Assembly (NCBI GenBank): GCA_973895155.1
Contig: OZ316897.1
Coordinates: 4,915,976 to 4,979,975 of the forward strand
Direction of reading: 5' to 3'
Source: Marsupella aquatica
Taxonomy: Eukaryota > Plantae > Marchantiophyta
DNA length: 64,000 bases
This document shows, piece by piece, positions 10,702 to 24,900 of this stretch (position 1 is its first letter; each line of letters opens with the position of its first letter). A program made the position numbers and the translations under genes. The notes under the pieces are model-generated. The model was not told the origin of the DNA. It did no database searches and saw nothing but the letters and a program-made list of their open reading frames with translations.

Positions 10702-13700
10702 TTATGGATCCTCTATGAACTTGCTTGGCCATAATACCAAAGAACCTGCAGCATCTCCAAGTGTCTTTTGAGGAGGATCATCATTTGTGTTTGGAATGGG
10801 AAGGACAGCTTTAGGTTTCACTAGTAATGTGACTAACACTACTGAATAACCTGGGGGAATCCTCTTGCCATGGAACGTTGTGGAACCAACCTGCACTCTG
10901 GCAAATCCTACTCGTGTTCCACTCTCATCAACAGCTAACAAGCCACTTTGTCCCTCAGCATTAGGTGCTTTCCCCACTTCCACCTTAGATCTTTCTGCCA
11001 GCACTGTTCTTGGAGGTTTGTATGAAACCTTTGACGTGGCTCTGCTCCCACCAGCAGACTTGCTTCGTGTGCGCATGCTTCCTCTCTTCATAGTAGTGAA
11101 GCTAGGCTCAGTAGGTTCCTCTGTTAGGACTGTCACAGTAGCAGGTTCATCACCTGGGAGTGTCATACCAACTAACTCTTTGGTTGGATTTATCTCAACA
11201 AGAGGCACACCTGTCATTGAGAATGATACATTCTGCAAATCATTTATCTCTGCAATGGAGTCAAGATCTACATAGCATGAATCTGGCTCAATGGTATCAT
11301 TGTCATGCTTGCTGATATCCTCATTTGCCCCAACATTGATATCATCCACTCCCTTGCCAATGTCATCCTCATCCAAACATGGTTGACTGCCCTCTGTCAA
11401 ACAAGTTGCTTGTACAGACTGCAACTTTGTTGCCTCTAAATTACAGCGAGTATTTGCCAGGTTCTCATACTTCTTCTCTGTAGCACCTGTCTTATTCTCT
11501 ATGGACACAACAACCACAATATATGTTACTGAAAATAACACATTCAACAAACAATGTCAATTCAAACTATACATTTAATAATCATATCCCACATAGTTGT
11601 AAAGGCCTTACCTTCAAGCCTACATGTCGTTGGCATGCCAGAAGAGTGCATCGACTTTGCCACCTCAATGGTGATGGTGGAACTCCTGCAGAATTGGAAT
11701 CAATTTTATCTCTCACCGACACAACAGCTTCCATTAATGTCTTGAAGTTCACATGGAACAAGTCAGTCAATGAATTCAAACGTTCATTGATCTCTGGAAG
11801 ACATGTTTCGACAGCCTTCAAACGACCACTTATCTCTGTAAGTGACGATCCACCTCCCTACATGACACAGGGGTATAGGTGCAATCACTCCATATGAAAT
11901 GTTGGGCAATATATGCACAATCAATGTTATATACAGTGTACACCTGAAATTCAACGCAGGTCATTCAATTACCAATCATAACTCATATAACTTACATGCT
12001 TGGAGGATTCAGATGCACCCTCTTGAGCCCGGGTGTTCACAATTTCAGCCCTCAACTCTTCTTTTGAAGGGCTTTGCCCCAATTGGGCTTTCTGCACATG
12101 CATGGCAAACACAAGTTATCGATCAATATTCAGGGAACGTACACTAAAAAACAAAGTTTACATGTATGGGTTTACACTAAAAAATAGTACATAGTGTAGC
12201 ATAAATTACATAGCTAGGCCATTCATTCTTACCAAACGTTTAGCTGTCGGTGCAGTGCCGGTCCTTCCTGTCAGATTAGGGTTCTGAACACTCAACCTGG
12301 CCTCGGTCATCTGTGAACTCTTCTTTTTTGAAGCATCTGTTACAAAATAAGCTACTAACCTTGCCCACACTTTATCATCACAACTGGCTGGTGGAGGCAT
12401 ATCTGGCTTCTCCCCACCTTCCTTCCAAGCCTTATGCATTCTCCACCTCTCTTGCTTGATAATTTTACCTGCTGTACTCTCTAGGCAACCTATGTCCACG
12501 CCATCATCACTGCCCACATAATTCCATTTGGCAGCAACATTTTCACATACAGTCTTCCAATCTTTTGGATGCTGTTTTTTAAAATTAATAACACTCACAT
12601 CTAACCAACGCAATACTTCAGCTTTCAAATCAGCATGCCATCGGTTCTTGCGAGGACACTCAGCATCCACCCATTGTCTCTCATTCAACTTTACGTTCCC
12701 TTTCTTTGTCACCTCCCCTCGTGCACTGCTCTCGGTAGTACTGGGCGTTGTATTGGCCACCCCTTCATTCACCCTACCTGGGGTTCTGAAGCCACCTGGG
12801 AAAATACAATGCCATTCATGCTTGAGAACTACATATAGCAGAATGGATGACGGCAACATTCAATGCTTCACTTCAAGAAAAATTCTTCAAACATACATAC
12901 CTGTAGCTCTGCCTGTAGATGCCTGTGCAGGGACTGCACTCTGAAATTGTTGCGACCCTGGACCACCTGTCCAGCCTAGTACAGGGGCCGGATGATGTCA
13001 CTTTCTAGGTATGTGTGTGCAAACATATGTACTGAAAACTAAGTACAAACTGTAGGAAAACAACTGAACATTCACCGACATACCTGTCCCCCTTCCGTGC
13101 TGCATCTGCATAGGGGCATTAGTGAATACTTGAGTCGATGGTTCGACTGTCCAACCTGCACACATACATTTTCTATCATTATACATGTGCAGAGTCCCCC
13201 CCACGTGAATGGACTCCACATATAATGAGTTCTTCCATTGCTGACAAGATCAGACATTACCTGCTCCTCTTCCAGCGTTTGTAGGTACTGAATTTTGATA
13301 TCCCTGCCAATTACCTTCACCACCTTCCCAACCTTGTTCATTCCACGACCCACCACCATCCTCCCAACCTGGTTCAACCCATGTCTGTCCTTGTGGACAT
13401 TGGAACTGATCATTACTAGCATTTGCCCAATCAGGTTGGGCAGAATCTGCATGCAATGGCAGGTGGACAGAATTTCATGTTGTCTGAATCCAATACATCC
13501 CAAACAATGTCAAAAATTGATATGCAGTCTGAAATTCAGGAGTGCCATGCCTTCACAAAGAACTGGCATATAGATATATACTCACATCCCCACGGTTGAG
13601 GTGGACGTCCATACCCACGAGATTGTGGGTTTGGACCTGCTCTGCCTCTACCACGGGCATAACCTAGAGCTTGCCCCCTGCCATAGTATTGGGCACCAGC

Positions 13701-14491
13701 CTGGGATCTACCACTACTACCACCTCGCCAACCTTGATCAGAGGTCAGCCCCCCCTGCTGGTATGGTGCATGCACAGGCTTCGAAGGCAAAACAGAACTG
13801 GCAGGACGCTGCATCACATCACCAACTACAATGTCAGGAACTAAGCAAGGTACATATGTGTAGTACTGAACATATGAAACCTCTAAACAAGAGTTTTTAA
13901 CTCAAAACCTTGTTGGGAAAACTACTTACATGTTTCTTTTGGGGCTGCTCTGCAATGTATTCATCTTCATAACCCCCATCCTCATCCATTTCCTCTGGAA
14001 AATACTCATCATCTGCATCTTCTTGTCTAGTGTTTGCACCCACCTGTGCAGCATCAATGTCATCTCCACATTCTGCCATTGTAGGTACGACCTTCTTGCT
14101 CAACCTGTCACTCCGACGCACAGGCCCAGAGATAGTGTTGGTCACCCTTCTTGCGTACTCCTTTTGTTTCTTTGAAAATGCTGTGGCTCTGCGACATTCC
14201 AATATGAGAATACAGTCACAATTTCAGTGCCACATTGAACTATTCATGTCACACAAACTCAGCGGAGGGGTGTAGTTGAGAATCGTTCCCTTACAATTCA
14301 GCCACATCCTTTTCCAGATCCAGTTCTGCGATTTTGGCTTTCACGTATGCTCGTTGTTCCATAGCTTTCCTTTCATACTCACACATCTCTGTGTCACTCT
14401 GTTCCATCCTACTGGACCACAAAAACATGTCATCTATGGTCACCCCGTATAACACAATGCAACCACAATCACCAGGCATCCATCCATACAT
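10702..14491 (-). CDS. Multi-exon TnpA-like (Ptta/En-Spm) accessory gene; exon boundaries approximate
   Basis: 12206-12859 RWRMHKAW..PPASCDDKVWARLVAYF..KKSSQM..NLTGRTG resembles the Ptta/En-Spm family. Last exon FHGKRIPPGYSVV..LPIP..TLGDAAGSLVLWP is typical of CACTA accessory proteins. Exons are separated by AT-rich intron-like gaps. Confidence 0.65.
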
Positions 14492-14563
14492 CTGTGTTGC
14501 TTCAGAATTACTTTATTACACATCCTTCCCCTCACTAATGTCTATGCAAACAATTCACATTAC

Positions 14564-15095
14564 TCATGGCACAGGCACACTGTTGGCATCTGCATCTCTG
14601 AATTCGCCTCCTTCAGCAAATGCATCTACCCTTGTCACAGGAATGAAGTCCCCGCTATCATGAACTACAGGCACTTGGTCTGAACGCCGACGATCAAAGG
14701 CACTATGAGAGTGTAAATGAAACTCAAGGTTTGATCCTTCCATCCGGCGTTGCCTGGCCTGTTTATGACACACTACACGCCAACCTGGGGAGTCTTCCAC
14801 ATCCAGGAAGAAAGCTTGCTCCACCTGACTAGGAAACACAAATGGCTCAGACCATTTGGGCAATTTCCCTCTGAAATTGGCCAGCAAGAAACCGTCGTTG
14901 TCTCTCTTCATGGTAGCCCTGTTACCAAGCCAATCCTGCCGCACCCATGAACCTTTCATAAGAATCACAGGACTGGACACCGCCCCATAGTCCAGAGCCC
15001 ATATGTCAACTAATTCTCCCACATATCCCATCTCCATCCAGGCCCTGTCGTGATTGTGGCTCTGTTGCTCAAATACAGTGATGAGCCCGCAGTTC
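14564..15095 (-). pseudogene. C-terminal part of CACTA TnpD transposase (DUF4216-like)
   Basis: YVGELVDIWALDY...MKGSWV...EPFVFPSQVEQAFF...GWRVV. Confidence 0.85.
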
Positions 15096-15180
15096 CTCAA
15101 GATCAATTGGTTAGGCAGAGGTCCGTGTTGTGGACAACGCGTATTGCTCTTTGGGATAAATTGGCAAGGGTAGTCTATAG

Positions 15181-16034
15181 TTGACACAGCAGACACGCAA
15201 GAGGACTAGGATGATGCAAGGACTTGAACCACCTACGCAGACTACTCTTGCCCATATACCAATTTTTTCTCCGGCCCCAGCCATTCCCCAATCCAGGAAA
15301 AGACCCACTCCCTCAGAGCAACACTGGCTTGCTATCCATAATCTGCGTTCCCAAGGAGCTACGACAGACAAGTCCCCAACCCATGCAAACTATCTCAAGG
15401 AGCATCAACTAGACAAATTTGCGTATTTAACCTGGCGGTCTTACAGCCTTTGGAGCAAGGGAAATGCAAGAGTTCATTGAGAACTTTGACATTTAGACAT
15501 TGGCTAATAAGATGTTGAGACAAACCTTATCCCTCATGGAGTACCGGTTAGCCTAGATCTTTTGTCTGCCAATAAGACCAGTGTCGATGGAATTCTAGAT
15601 CCGGGATAAGGATCGGAGTATGTACCCCGACATTTCAACCCCAAGGGTAAGACGGACAATGGGTACAAGCAAGGCTCATGTACCAATCTGGTCTGAATGG
15701 AGCGGCTAAACTTCATCTGGACCACCTTACACATGATCGGGCCTCAATCCAAGATCTCCCTCTACATGATTATGCAGGTGGAGCAGTGCAAGAAGTGGAA
15801 TTGGGCCCAGTTCTTTGGCCACCATATCTCGGGGGAGCTTAAGCGGGCTAAGACAAACATGTATATTGGTGGAAAGACCTACCTTGGGAGCCACATAGCA
15901 ATCATCCTAGAGTGGTATAGGCAACAGTGCAAGGTTAGGGGAAAGAATACTAAGGCCTTGACCTTGGTTGGCGCCTGCCCTGCCCCTAGTAGTACATGAG
16001 ATACCCCGACAACTACATCTTGGGTAAACCCCGC
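15181..16034 (+). pseudogene. Degenerate distant relative of the LTR-encoded protein; target of the 16035-20779 insertion, continuing after 20784
   Basis: LDKFAYLTW ~ LEAFVRLPW; NGYKQGSCTN ~ NGFFQNTCTN; ERLNFIWTTLH ~ EMIDFLRVTMH; YLGSHIAIILEWY ~ RLGYHMPLLCRY. Confidence 0.65.
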
Positions 16035-19000
16035 TGTGGTGCGTCCCATGGCTCCCTAAACCCCAGAAACCCCCCTTCACAAGCCGATTCCCGCAGGTTT
16101 TGCGCTTGGCGAGGCCGTTTTCGCGGCTTAGTGGCATGGGACGGTGCTAACCTCCTTCTACTATTACTATTAACATTTTACACACATATACTGGACAGAT
16201 CCTTCATCGGGTCATGAGATATGTAGCCGGCCTAATCTAGGCCTTCCCTTGTCTTCCCCTCCTTCTTGTTAGGTATATTTGGATTCCGCCGCCGGAATGA
16301 TCCCCAATAGGCTTGGTTAAGCCGCTAAGACCTCTCTCAGCTCGACACATCCAACTCTCACTCCCTTGCTTACTTCCTTCATCTATTAGTTGATGTGGGC
16401 ACTCTTCACACAAGTTAATGCGACACACAAATAGCAAAATGACTCCTTCTGACTGAGTCATACCATGCACTTGCCATACAAATAGTACATCTCATACACA
16501 GGCTCTGCGAACTAAGCCGTGAGGCCAACTCTATTCAGCTCTTAGGCATGAGGAAACATGAATATACACAAGGGTCACTGTATGACTAACCGAGAGCTTC
16601 TCTTACTACTTGATCCCAGCCCGGCTGGTGCAACTAAAAACTTGCTAAAGAAGAGGCCCTGAGCTCCCCGCTGCCCAGGTACTTATCCTGGTAGTGGATC
16701 CGCCTAATTCTTTGCAGCGTAAGCTTAATCTACCTAACTGAATCTACCTATGTACAGCGAGGCAGGAGTACAAGTGTTGCTCCTACCAGTGGAACCGCAA
16801 TCCCACTAAGCTAAGTGTCAGGGCCGCCTCCTAGTCCTGATCCTAATCCTAAACTTAGAGATCTGAGCCCGTCCTGCCCACTCACGCCTTCTCCCTCCAC
16901 GTCCGCCCTCCTTGAAAGGAGCAGCCCTCCACCACCGTCATGGCAGCGGTGTCTGTTCCTCAGTGGACGCCCCCAATGCTTCCTCCTCAGCCACTGCCGT
17001 AGGTTCGTTCTCTGACAGATTACCTGCCCTTGACTGAGTCAACTCTCCATCGGCCTGACTGGGTCCACCCCCGGCATCGGCATCGACTTCAACATCAGCC
17101 TCGGCTACGGCCTCAGCTTCGGTTACGGCCTCCCCTGCACACTCAAGTGGCGGATTGGGTACCTTGGCTTCATTACCGAGTATCCTGGCCTTGGCTTTGT
17201 CATCCCCTTCTTCTAGGGTAGTTGGATCCTCTGCCGTAACCCTGCCTGAGGTCGGTGCTGGGTTTACCTCCTTGGTCACCACGGCCTGTGGAGCCGTATT
17301 ACTCCCTGACCCTGAAGGTTTCTGCTTCTTCTTCTTTTCTGGTTCGGCAGCTGGCCCCTTCCCCTTCCCACTTACTTCCGACACTGGTGCAAATGGCGCG
17401 GCTTGTCCTTCGGCCAGTACCACTCCTGGTAACTTAGTGGCCTCAATTTGAGTTGGCTCTGATGAAGCCAAGCACTTAAATACTGTGGCTTGTTTCTTCA
17501 GCCGCTCCGTTTGGTTGTCGGCTCATCGTTGTAAGTTCTCTAGCTTCCGCGTGCTTTCCTCCAACTCTTCCTGCACTTCGTCCAGGTCCTTGCGCGCCTC
17601 CTCCAGCTCCTTCTGGGCTTCCTCCAATTCCTTTTTAAACGCAGCTCTCTCCTCCCGGGTCGCTCTTAACTCTTTGTCGAGCTCTGCAATGATGACAGAC
17701 TCCATCTGGTTCATCTCGGCGTAAGTCTGATTGAGCATATTGTCCTTCTCACGCAGGTCGGCTTTGAAGCTGGCCGTCAGGGACGCAAGCTCCTGCTGCA
17801 GCACAATAATCCCTTGATAGGATTTCCCTAACTTGGCCTCCTTCTTCTCAAGGGCTCCGCAGATAACCTCGAGCTCCCCCTTCAATGCCCTTTCCCTTCT
17901 CTGGGTCTCCGCCATGGCCCGGTTGTTGGCTGTTATGTGGGCCTCCTCTGCATCCCTCAGCTCTCGCTTACACTTCTCCCGCTCCTTGATCGCATCGGCC
18001 AACTCTTCTTGGGTTTGAGTCAGTTTATTCTCGATAATCCGATTATCAGACTGTGCGGTATCCAATTGGCCCTGCATGATAGATAGCTCATGCCGCTTAA
18101 TCCATAGCTCATCTTGGGCTTTCTTGGCCGCCCTCAGGTCTTTGATTTTGGCTTCCCTTGCCCTAAACCGACAGATGACCTTGTCCTTCTTGCTTCTTTC
18201 CAAAGCCACCGCTTCTTCTAATTGGCGCTTCTCCAACATCTCCCTCTGAAAAAAGGGTCCTTGCTCCAACTCCTCCCCAAAGATGCTGAGCGCCAGCTCT
18301 CCACACATTTCCCCGTACTCCATGGCTCTATCCTTAGCATAGGTGGAGTAACTAGAAGTCATCGGCATCAACCACCGCAGCCTCTGGTCCCAAGCCGTCT
18401 TGCGGATTTCTTCTACGGTGGCAAGAGGGTTGCTTCGTTTTTCTGCAAGCCGCCTGATGTCCTCTGGCCATTCTCCTCCTGGTAAATCCTTTTCCCTAGC
18501 CAGGGCTGCCTCCTCTTCCTCCCTGATTCGCTCCTGAAATTCCTGCACCGTTTGTTTTATGCCGTCAAAGCTCGGGGGAGCGACATCTGGTGGGGGAGAC
18601 TCGGGGCTGCTCTGCTGGCTTGGGTCTCCTCAAACTACTCTTGGGAGCGTGGGGATGAACCGGCCACGGGTCCTTACTCCTAGAACATGATGATCTGACC
18701 CGTAGTCGGAGTCATCATTGTTGTAGTCCTCTACCGCCTCCTCCTCGGCTTGGACTACCGGCTTCTCCCGCTGTTCTCCTGGTTTTGTCGTAAACACGGC
18801 TTCACCTCTCACCGGTCTTGGTTCCTCCTCCGGCTTCCGTGTTGATCTCTTGTTCTTCCTTGTCGTGGCCGGGAGCTACGGCCTGCTTCTCCTCGGCTTC
18901 GGGACTTGAGGCTCCTACATACATCCGGACTCCCGGCTCGTGTTCTGGCCTCCTTCTCTCCTTGACCCCAGTAAAGGGGTTTTCCCTTGTAAGCCGGCTT

Positions 19001-20779
19001 AGGCCCACCTCTGGAGCAGTGTCCTGCATTGGTGCCGTTGTCGTTGTCGTTGCTGGAACCGGTCTCCTTTCCTTCTCCAGCAATTTCAGTAGATTCTGCA
19101 TGCCTGGTTGCTGCATTGGCAAGTCTTCTTCCCTTGGTCTAAACACCTGCTCGATCGTCGTACTGTCAGGCTGGTTGGGCTTCTCTGGTGCCGGCCTCTG
19201 CTCTGGGACCTCCTCCGGTGCTCTTGCCGATAGGGGAAGTACTGGGGCAAAGATTTGACTTCTGGCATACCGGCACAACAGCGGCATGTGATAGCCAAGC
19301 CGGGACACGCTTCCCATGCCGATCACCTGCTGTTCCTCTTTCAAGATCTTCTTCAGTTGGTTGAGGAGGTACCCGTTGTAATCCCGGCTTGGATCTGGCC
19401 TTTCTACCAGGTAGACCTGAGCCTTGCCGATCTCTGCCCTCGGCAAGTTACAGTGCATGGTCACCCGCAAGAAATCGATCATTTCTCCGATGTGCGGGTT
19501 GGTGCAGGTGTTCTGGAAGAAGCCATTCTTTGTTGATGGTCCTGGGAACAACCAAAACTCCTTGTCAGGTAAGGTCTTCCTGGTATCAACCTTGGTCTTA
19601 TTACCCATCGGCAAGCCAAACACTTTAGCAATCACCCGGGGAGTGAGATAGAAATCCTTCCCATACACCCTCGTGGAATTGGTCTCGGGTTCCCATGATC
19701 CCACGAATTCTAACAAGTCTGAGTCCGGCACCTCCGGCTTCAGCCATGGTAATCTTACGAAGGCTTCCAAGCCGGATCCGGCCATGAAGCCTTGGTACTT
19801 CTTGGTCTGTATGGCTGTAAAGCATGCATCCTCCTCCCGTGCAAAGTGTAATTGCACTTCCTCCGGTAGGGTCGCCGCCCAGCCTTTCCAGGTGTCATTG
19901 TTTGTTGGAATGGCATTGATGGGGTCAACCTCCTCCTCCTCGGCTTCTCTCTGCCTCCTGCTCTACTATTCTGCTGGCTTCTTTGGTGCCGTCGACCTCA
20001 TTCTTTTTGCTGGGGTGGCCTCTTCGTTGTTGTTCCCCTTCCTCTTCATCTCGGCTGCCGTGGATGTCTCTCCTAGCATGGTTGCCTTTGTCCACCCCTC
20101 CATGCTACCCTTCAACTCCTAGTGTATGTCGTTGCAGCGTTTGATGGCTTCTCGGATGCCGACGACTCTGTCTTCACAAAACAGCAGGTCGTCTAGCTCG
20201 TTGCCAGTAGGCGTCCATAGGAATTCAGCCTTGATGAGTTCTCCTCCTAAGAAGGTAGCTTTCTATAGCTCCCACAATCGGGCGAGCTCCTGCCGTTCTC
20301 GAGCTGCTCTCTCCGATTCTTCGTCCTCGTAAGTCCCAATGTACTCAGTTCCCCGTTCGAACAGGCATCCCCAAAAATGTGCCACTTGATTGACGTTGCT
20401 CATACCCTTCTTGAGTTGATAGTCGGTATCTGTTCCCACCCTGAGCGCTTGCCTAAGCAGTTGATAGTAGTTGGCCGCCCGTAGTCGCCTGCCCAGTTCG
20501 TGCTTGCAAATGAGCCACTACTCCTTGCGAGCGGTCCTTACCCCTCTCCTCCTCTGGTTCTCCCTCCCGTTGGTTACCCCTAGCCACCAGCACTTAGCGT
20601 GCCCTAACCCTAATCGTATTCTCTCCCCTGGCGTCCTTACTTCCGGCCTCGGCTCGGGTTCCATAGTCACCCTTAATTGTTTATATTTTCCTTATTTATG
20701 TAACTATACTAAGGTGTTTCTAGGGTACACTTCCCTTTTCCCCTTAAACTAGCCCAGTGATTCCTGGCTAGGCATCACA
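16035..20779 (-). mobile_element. 4.7-kb solo-LTR-like element with internal ORF, copy A
   Basis: Ends TGTGGTGC...GCATCACA; 5-bp TSD CCCGC (16030-16034, 20780-20784); collinear with 51990-56678. Confidence 0.93.
16938..20664 (-). pseudogene. ~1200-aa coiled-coil protein encoded inside the solo-LTR-like element (several stops/frameshifts)
   Basis: ORF pieces 18802-19857, 17523-18548 and 16938-17471 match the long ORF 52066-55209 and 55143-55757. Confidence 0.85.
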
Positions 20780-21990
20780 CCCGCCCCTAGTCGGTCACAA
20801 CCCGCTCCCTCGCCTACCCCGTTTGGAACCATTTTGAACAATAATGGGGCCTCGCCACCTTCCCGTGTTGTGGTGCCCCCACTACCTCCAACTTGACCAC
20901 CCCCAATTCACCACCCCTTACGGATCCCATTCCCTCACCCTTGCGTACTACCAAGGAAGCAATAGCCCCATCCATGCGAGCATCCATGGAGGAGCCTTAC
21001 GTTATGGCTCAGACCATGGATGAGTACCAAGTCTGGGACCTTAGCCTACAAATTGGTACAAAAGTTTAGTCAGAGCCTTTCAATGGAGATAACAGAGTTC
21101 ATAGCCCGCCAGGTCACGGACCATTTCCAACAGACCTTCTTCACGTTGGAACACCATTCACGGCTATAACAGCGGTGACAGGAAATAGGTAACCGAATTC
21201 TGGTTATCAAGTAACTCTTAACTGGTAACAGGAAAGTCTCATGGTAAAAGTGTACTTTTTGGCTAAGTTTGCCAAAAATTAACGTCATTTTCCACCACAT
21301 CATCAAGTTGAATGTCTTCTTAGTGCCAAATGTGATGCAGTCAGATATAAGCCTGGCAAATGTGACGCAGTCAAAATGATTACATATAGGCCAAGGTAAT
21401 TCACATGATTTCATCAGCGCCTGGTGCTACCAAAAATTCCAGCATTTATAAGGTTAGAATTCAGTCACACACTAGACTAGCGCCGGGCGCTAGCATTGCA
21501 GTGGACACCAATAAGTCTTCCTTTTTGAATCTAAAAAACCAATATCGTCCAAATTTAAGCACAATTCAGGGACATATGTACTAGCGTCGGGCGCTAGTAT
21601 TGGAACACCATATTTAGGGACCAAATGTGAATGAAATTAAACTTCCTACGCCTAAAGTTCTTCATTTTCAAAAAAATTCACATAAACTGGGACCAAAAAC
21701 AGAACCGTGAATAGCCCACAGAATGGGTAGCGCCGGGCGCTATCTATTGAACACATTTCACTTTATGACCAATGTGGGTAAAGTTTGACTAGCGCCCAGC
21801 GCTAGCAATGCATTGCCAAGTTTCAGTAGTCTGGTCAACGGTAATATTTAACGGTAACTACGGTAAGCGTGATCTTCACAAAATAGTTTAGCGGATTTTA
21901 CATTAATATCTGTCACAGTTCTTAGATTGTCGCTTTGTTTTAACGATAAGTACTACCCAATTTCATTGTAACGTCTCTTAAATAGATTGC

Positions 21991-24900
21991 ATGGAGGGAG
22001 ATAGCGCTGATCAATCGGGTATAATACTCCATCAACTGTTAATTTGGTACGGAGATTCAGTACTCGATCGTGAGATTTGTAGTGTACGACTATTCGTACA
22101 ACCCTCATCGCGGGAGACAATGGATGCAGTCCCCTCCTCGTCGAGGGGGTATAGTGTTGTTGGGGATCGTGATCATGGCTATTGCGAGTCTTCTGAGTGA
22201 GTCTTCATTTTCAGGTTCAGTGTATACACGTCGAGTGACGAGGTCAAGCGCATCGCTTCTTCCCATCTCAAGTAATTCATTTCCAAAGCCGACGCGCAAA
22301 AGATGGAGAATGTTGACACATTTGCAATTGGAGATGTCTCGTTCTCGGAGACCGACCTTATTTCGAAACATGTCATGTTCTTTGGGAAGGATTTCCGAGG
22401 GTTTAACAAGGAGCCTCCTAGGATTCCGCTGTGTCGGTTGGTGGGTATAACCACCGTGCCAGGAAACAGTAAACAGGAAACAGGAAACAGGAAAATGGAT
22501 GAGAATTTTTTTTAATTTTATTTTTTAATTTTATTTTTTAATTTTTTAATTTTTTTTGGTTTGTATTTTTGACATTTTTTTACTAGCGCCCCAAGCTAGT
22601 AATAGTGCCAAAAATGATCGTTTTTTAAAATATTTTGAAAATTTTGAGTTTTAATGAGAAATTTTTTAAATCTCATTTTTGCTGATAACAGTAAAATTTT
22701 GCTCATAACAGGAAATCATTTTCCTATTTCCTGGCACGGTGTAAAGCCTCTCGGTTGGTGCACATGGAGGTCGTCCGCACTTTGCAGAAAGATAGCTCCT
22801 CCATTGACAAGTTGAAAGACTCTTTTTGTAGTATGGGATACAATTCATCGATAGGAATGAGGTTTTATGTTCAGCCGACAGACACTGAGGGTGTGACGCT
22901 CACTTGCACACAGGAAATTCGTGATAGTTGGGATCCAATATGGATATCCAAAAACGAAAAGTTTGAGGAAGAATGTGCGGTAGACCCCGATTTTCTCATT
23001 TTGAAGGATAAGATGTTCTCAGTTTTTGACGGGAACCATCGGTTGTACTCCTGGACACTTGTCACTAAGGAGAATCCAGAAAACACAAAATACCACCCGC
23101 GAGTGCTCTGTACTATCTTCAATGGGGACAAGGGTTCATTGATTGAAATTGAAGCGGCGATGCACACCGTGAACCAGTAAGTTTGTCTTTTTAGCATATC
23201 TTGGAGAGCAATTGTTTTACGAGCGCCCGACACTGCTTGAATGTTTTTCTAATTGCTTTCTTTTCCTTCAGGCTTGGACAAGCCGTGGTCGAACCGTCAT
23301 GGATCCTTGACGTAGATCGAATCAAGAGGATTTTGATTCACGACCTGGAGTACTATAGTAAGCTCATCGACCCTGTGAATTATAAGAAGTTTGAGCAGAT
23401 CAGGCTGAAGACGCGGAAAGGATCTTGGTACACGAAGAAGATGCCTTAAGAGGCTCTTGTCTATATTCTATGTGAGAATAAGATTAAATCATATTCTAAC
23501 CAGTTCAAGCTTGACATGGAGTCCGTTGCGGCCCTAGGTACCCCTTGGTCGGCCGAGGAGGTTTCCACAAGGCATGCCGTAATGATGAAGGAGGCCACCA
23601 AGGAGTGGGCAGTGAAAACATCAAAAATCACTCCTTTGTTGAGTCCAGAATTTAAGGACTTTCTCTCTACATGTGCATAAATGTATGCTGTGACGAAGAG
23701 AAATAAGCGAGAGAAGAAACCAGATACTGTCTTGTGTACGATGGACCGATCCAGGCTTTTTACTACTGTTTCTGCACTCGACTCCAAGTTCAGGAGTACT
23801 TTGCTTGTCGCCCATTGCAATCCTGAGCTCCGTAGGCAATTCTTCCATCCGAACAGCGTCAATGATGATCCAGTAAAACAGTGGTGTCATACCTGGATTA
23901 CGTGGAACAATGTAGAGGGGATTGCAGTGGGGATGTTATAGTGTGCTTTGAGAGAGGTCCAACAAATCATTCTCGAGAATTGCTTGCAAGCTTGGGCATG
24001 TGAATCTTTTGAAGCTCTCATTGATATAGTTACTAATGATTTCAAGAGATACGGAGACTTGGTGAAGAGTAAGTTTTTTAATACAATGTGGCCTTCGAAG
24101 TATCCGGACAAAGAGGACTACTCTTTGAAGAACCAGAAGCGAGCAAAAAGGTACCTCTACCGATTTTACATCCACATGGAAGTAACTAGACCTGATTACT
24201 TCTGGGCATATCCCGTTGCTTTTCAGAAGTGGACAGTAATATCAGAAGGTGACATTTATGTGATTTGTACTCTATGTACCCCGCGGAGGGAATTTTCCCG
24301 GCGAGACCTTTAAGTGAATGGGAAAGAACCCATTGTCCATGGTACCTAGATACAGACAGATGGGACTCGCCCTTTGATCACCGAGAAAAGGATGCTTTCC
24401 ACAAGCTCTCTAAGTCCCAGATACCAGTCAATATTGTTTCTGACATGAAGCAAGGACTAGCGGACGATGTAGATAAGTCCACAACAAAATTGCAAATGAA
24501 CTGTGAGACCACAGTTGTTCACGTTGACCAAAGCCGGAAGCCTCGCGCAAAAGGGAAGCTGATACTGTTGTCCCAAGTGAATCAACAAGGTCCGGGAAAA
24601 AACGTAAGTATAATTTGTAGTTCTTTGGTTAGCGCCTGGCGCTGCTATGCCATTCAATATATGTTAGATTGCATTTGTCTCTTTTGTTCCATAAATATAT
24701 ATATATTTGCTTCCATCTCTTCGAGAAAGTTTGGCCAGCGCTGGGCGTTAGTATACTTTGCATTTTCCATACGCTCAAAATCTAAGATCGCCTTCCATTT
24801 GATCAGGGAGAAAGTCAGACGCCATCGGCAATGGCGATACAAAGATAGATGCCACCCCAGAGGCATCTGAAGCCAATACATGGCCTCCATTTGACCCACT

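Larger units (their letters stand above)
9847..15095 (-). mobile_element. CACTA (En/Spm) DNA transposon, 3' half
   Basis: Terminus CACTAGAAGAA at 9847; GTGACT/AGTCAC subterminal repeats; TnpA- and TnpD-like ORFs on the minus strand. Confidence 0.85.

Noticed and set aside
14564-15196. 210-aa ORF with its predicted N-terminus
   Set aside because: The first ~35 aa come from the neighbouring element's antisense strand; only the part below ~15095 is CACTA transposase.
17030-20122. Many short plus-strand ORFs opposite the long ORF (likewise 52566-55997 on the minus strand)
   Set aside because: They are antisense shadows of a GC-rich coding sequence with no independent motifs.
21415-21804. CRISPR array
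   Set aside because: The repeats are only 15 bp, spacing is irregular (about 60-150 bp), there are no cas genes, and the context is eukaryotic.
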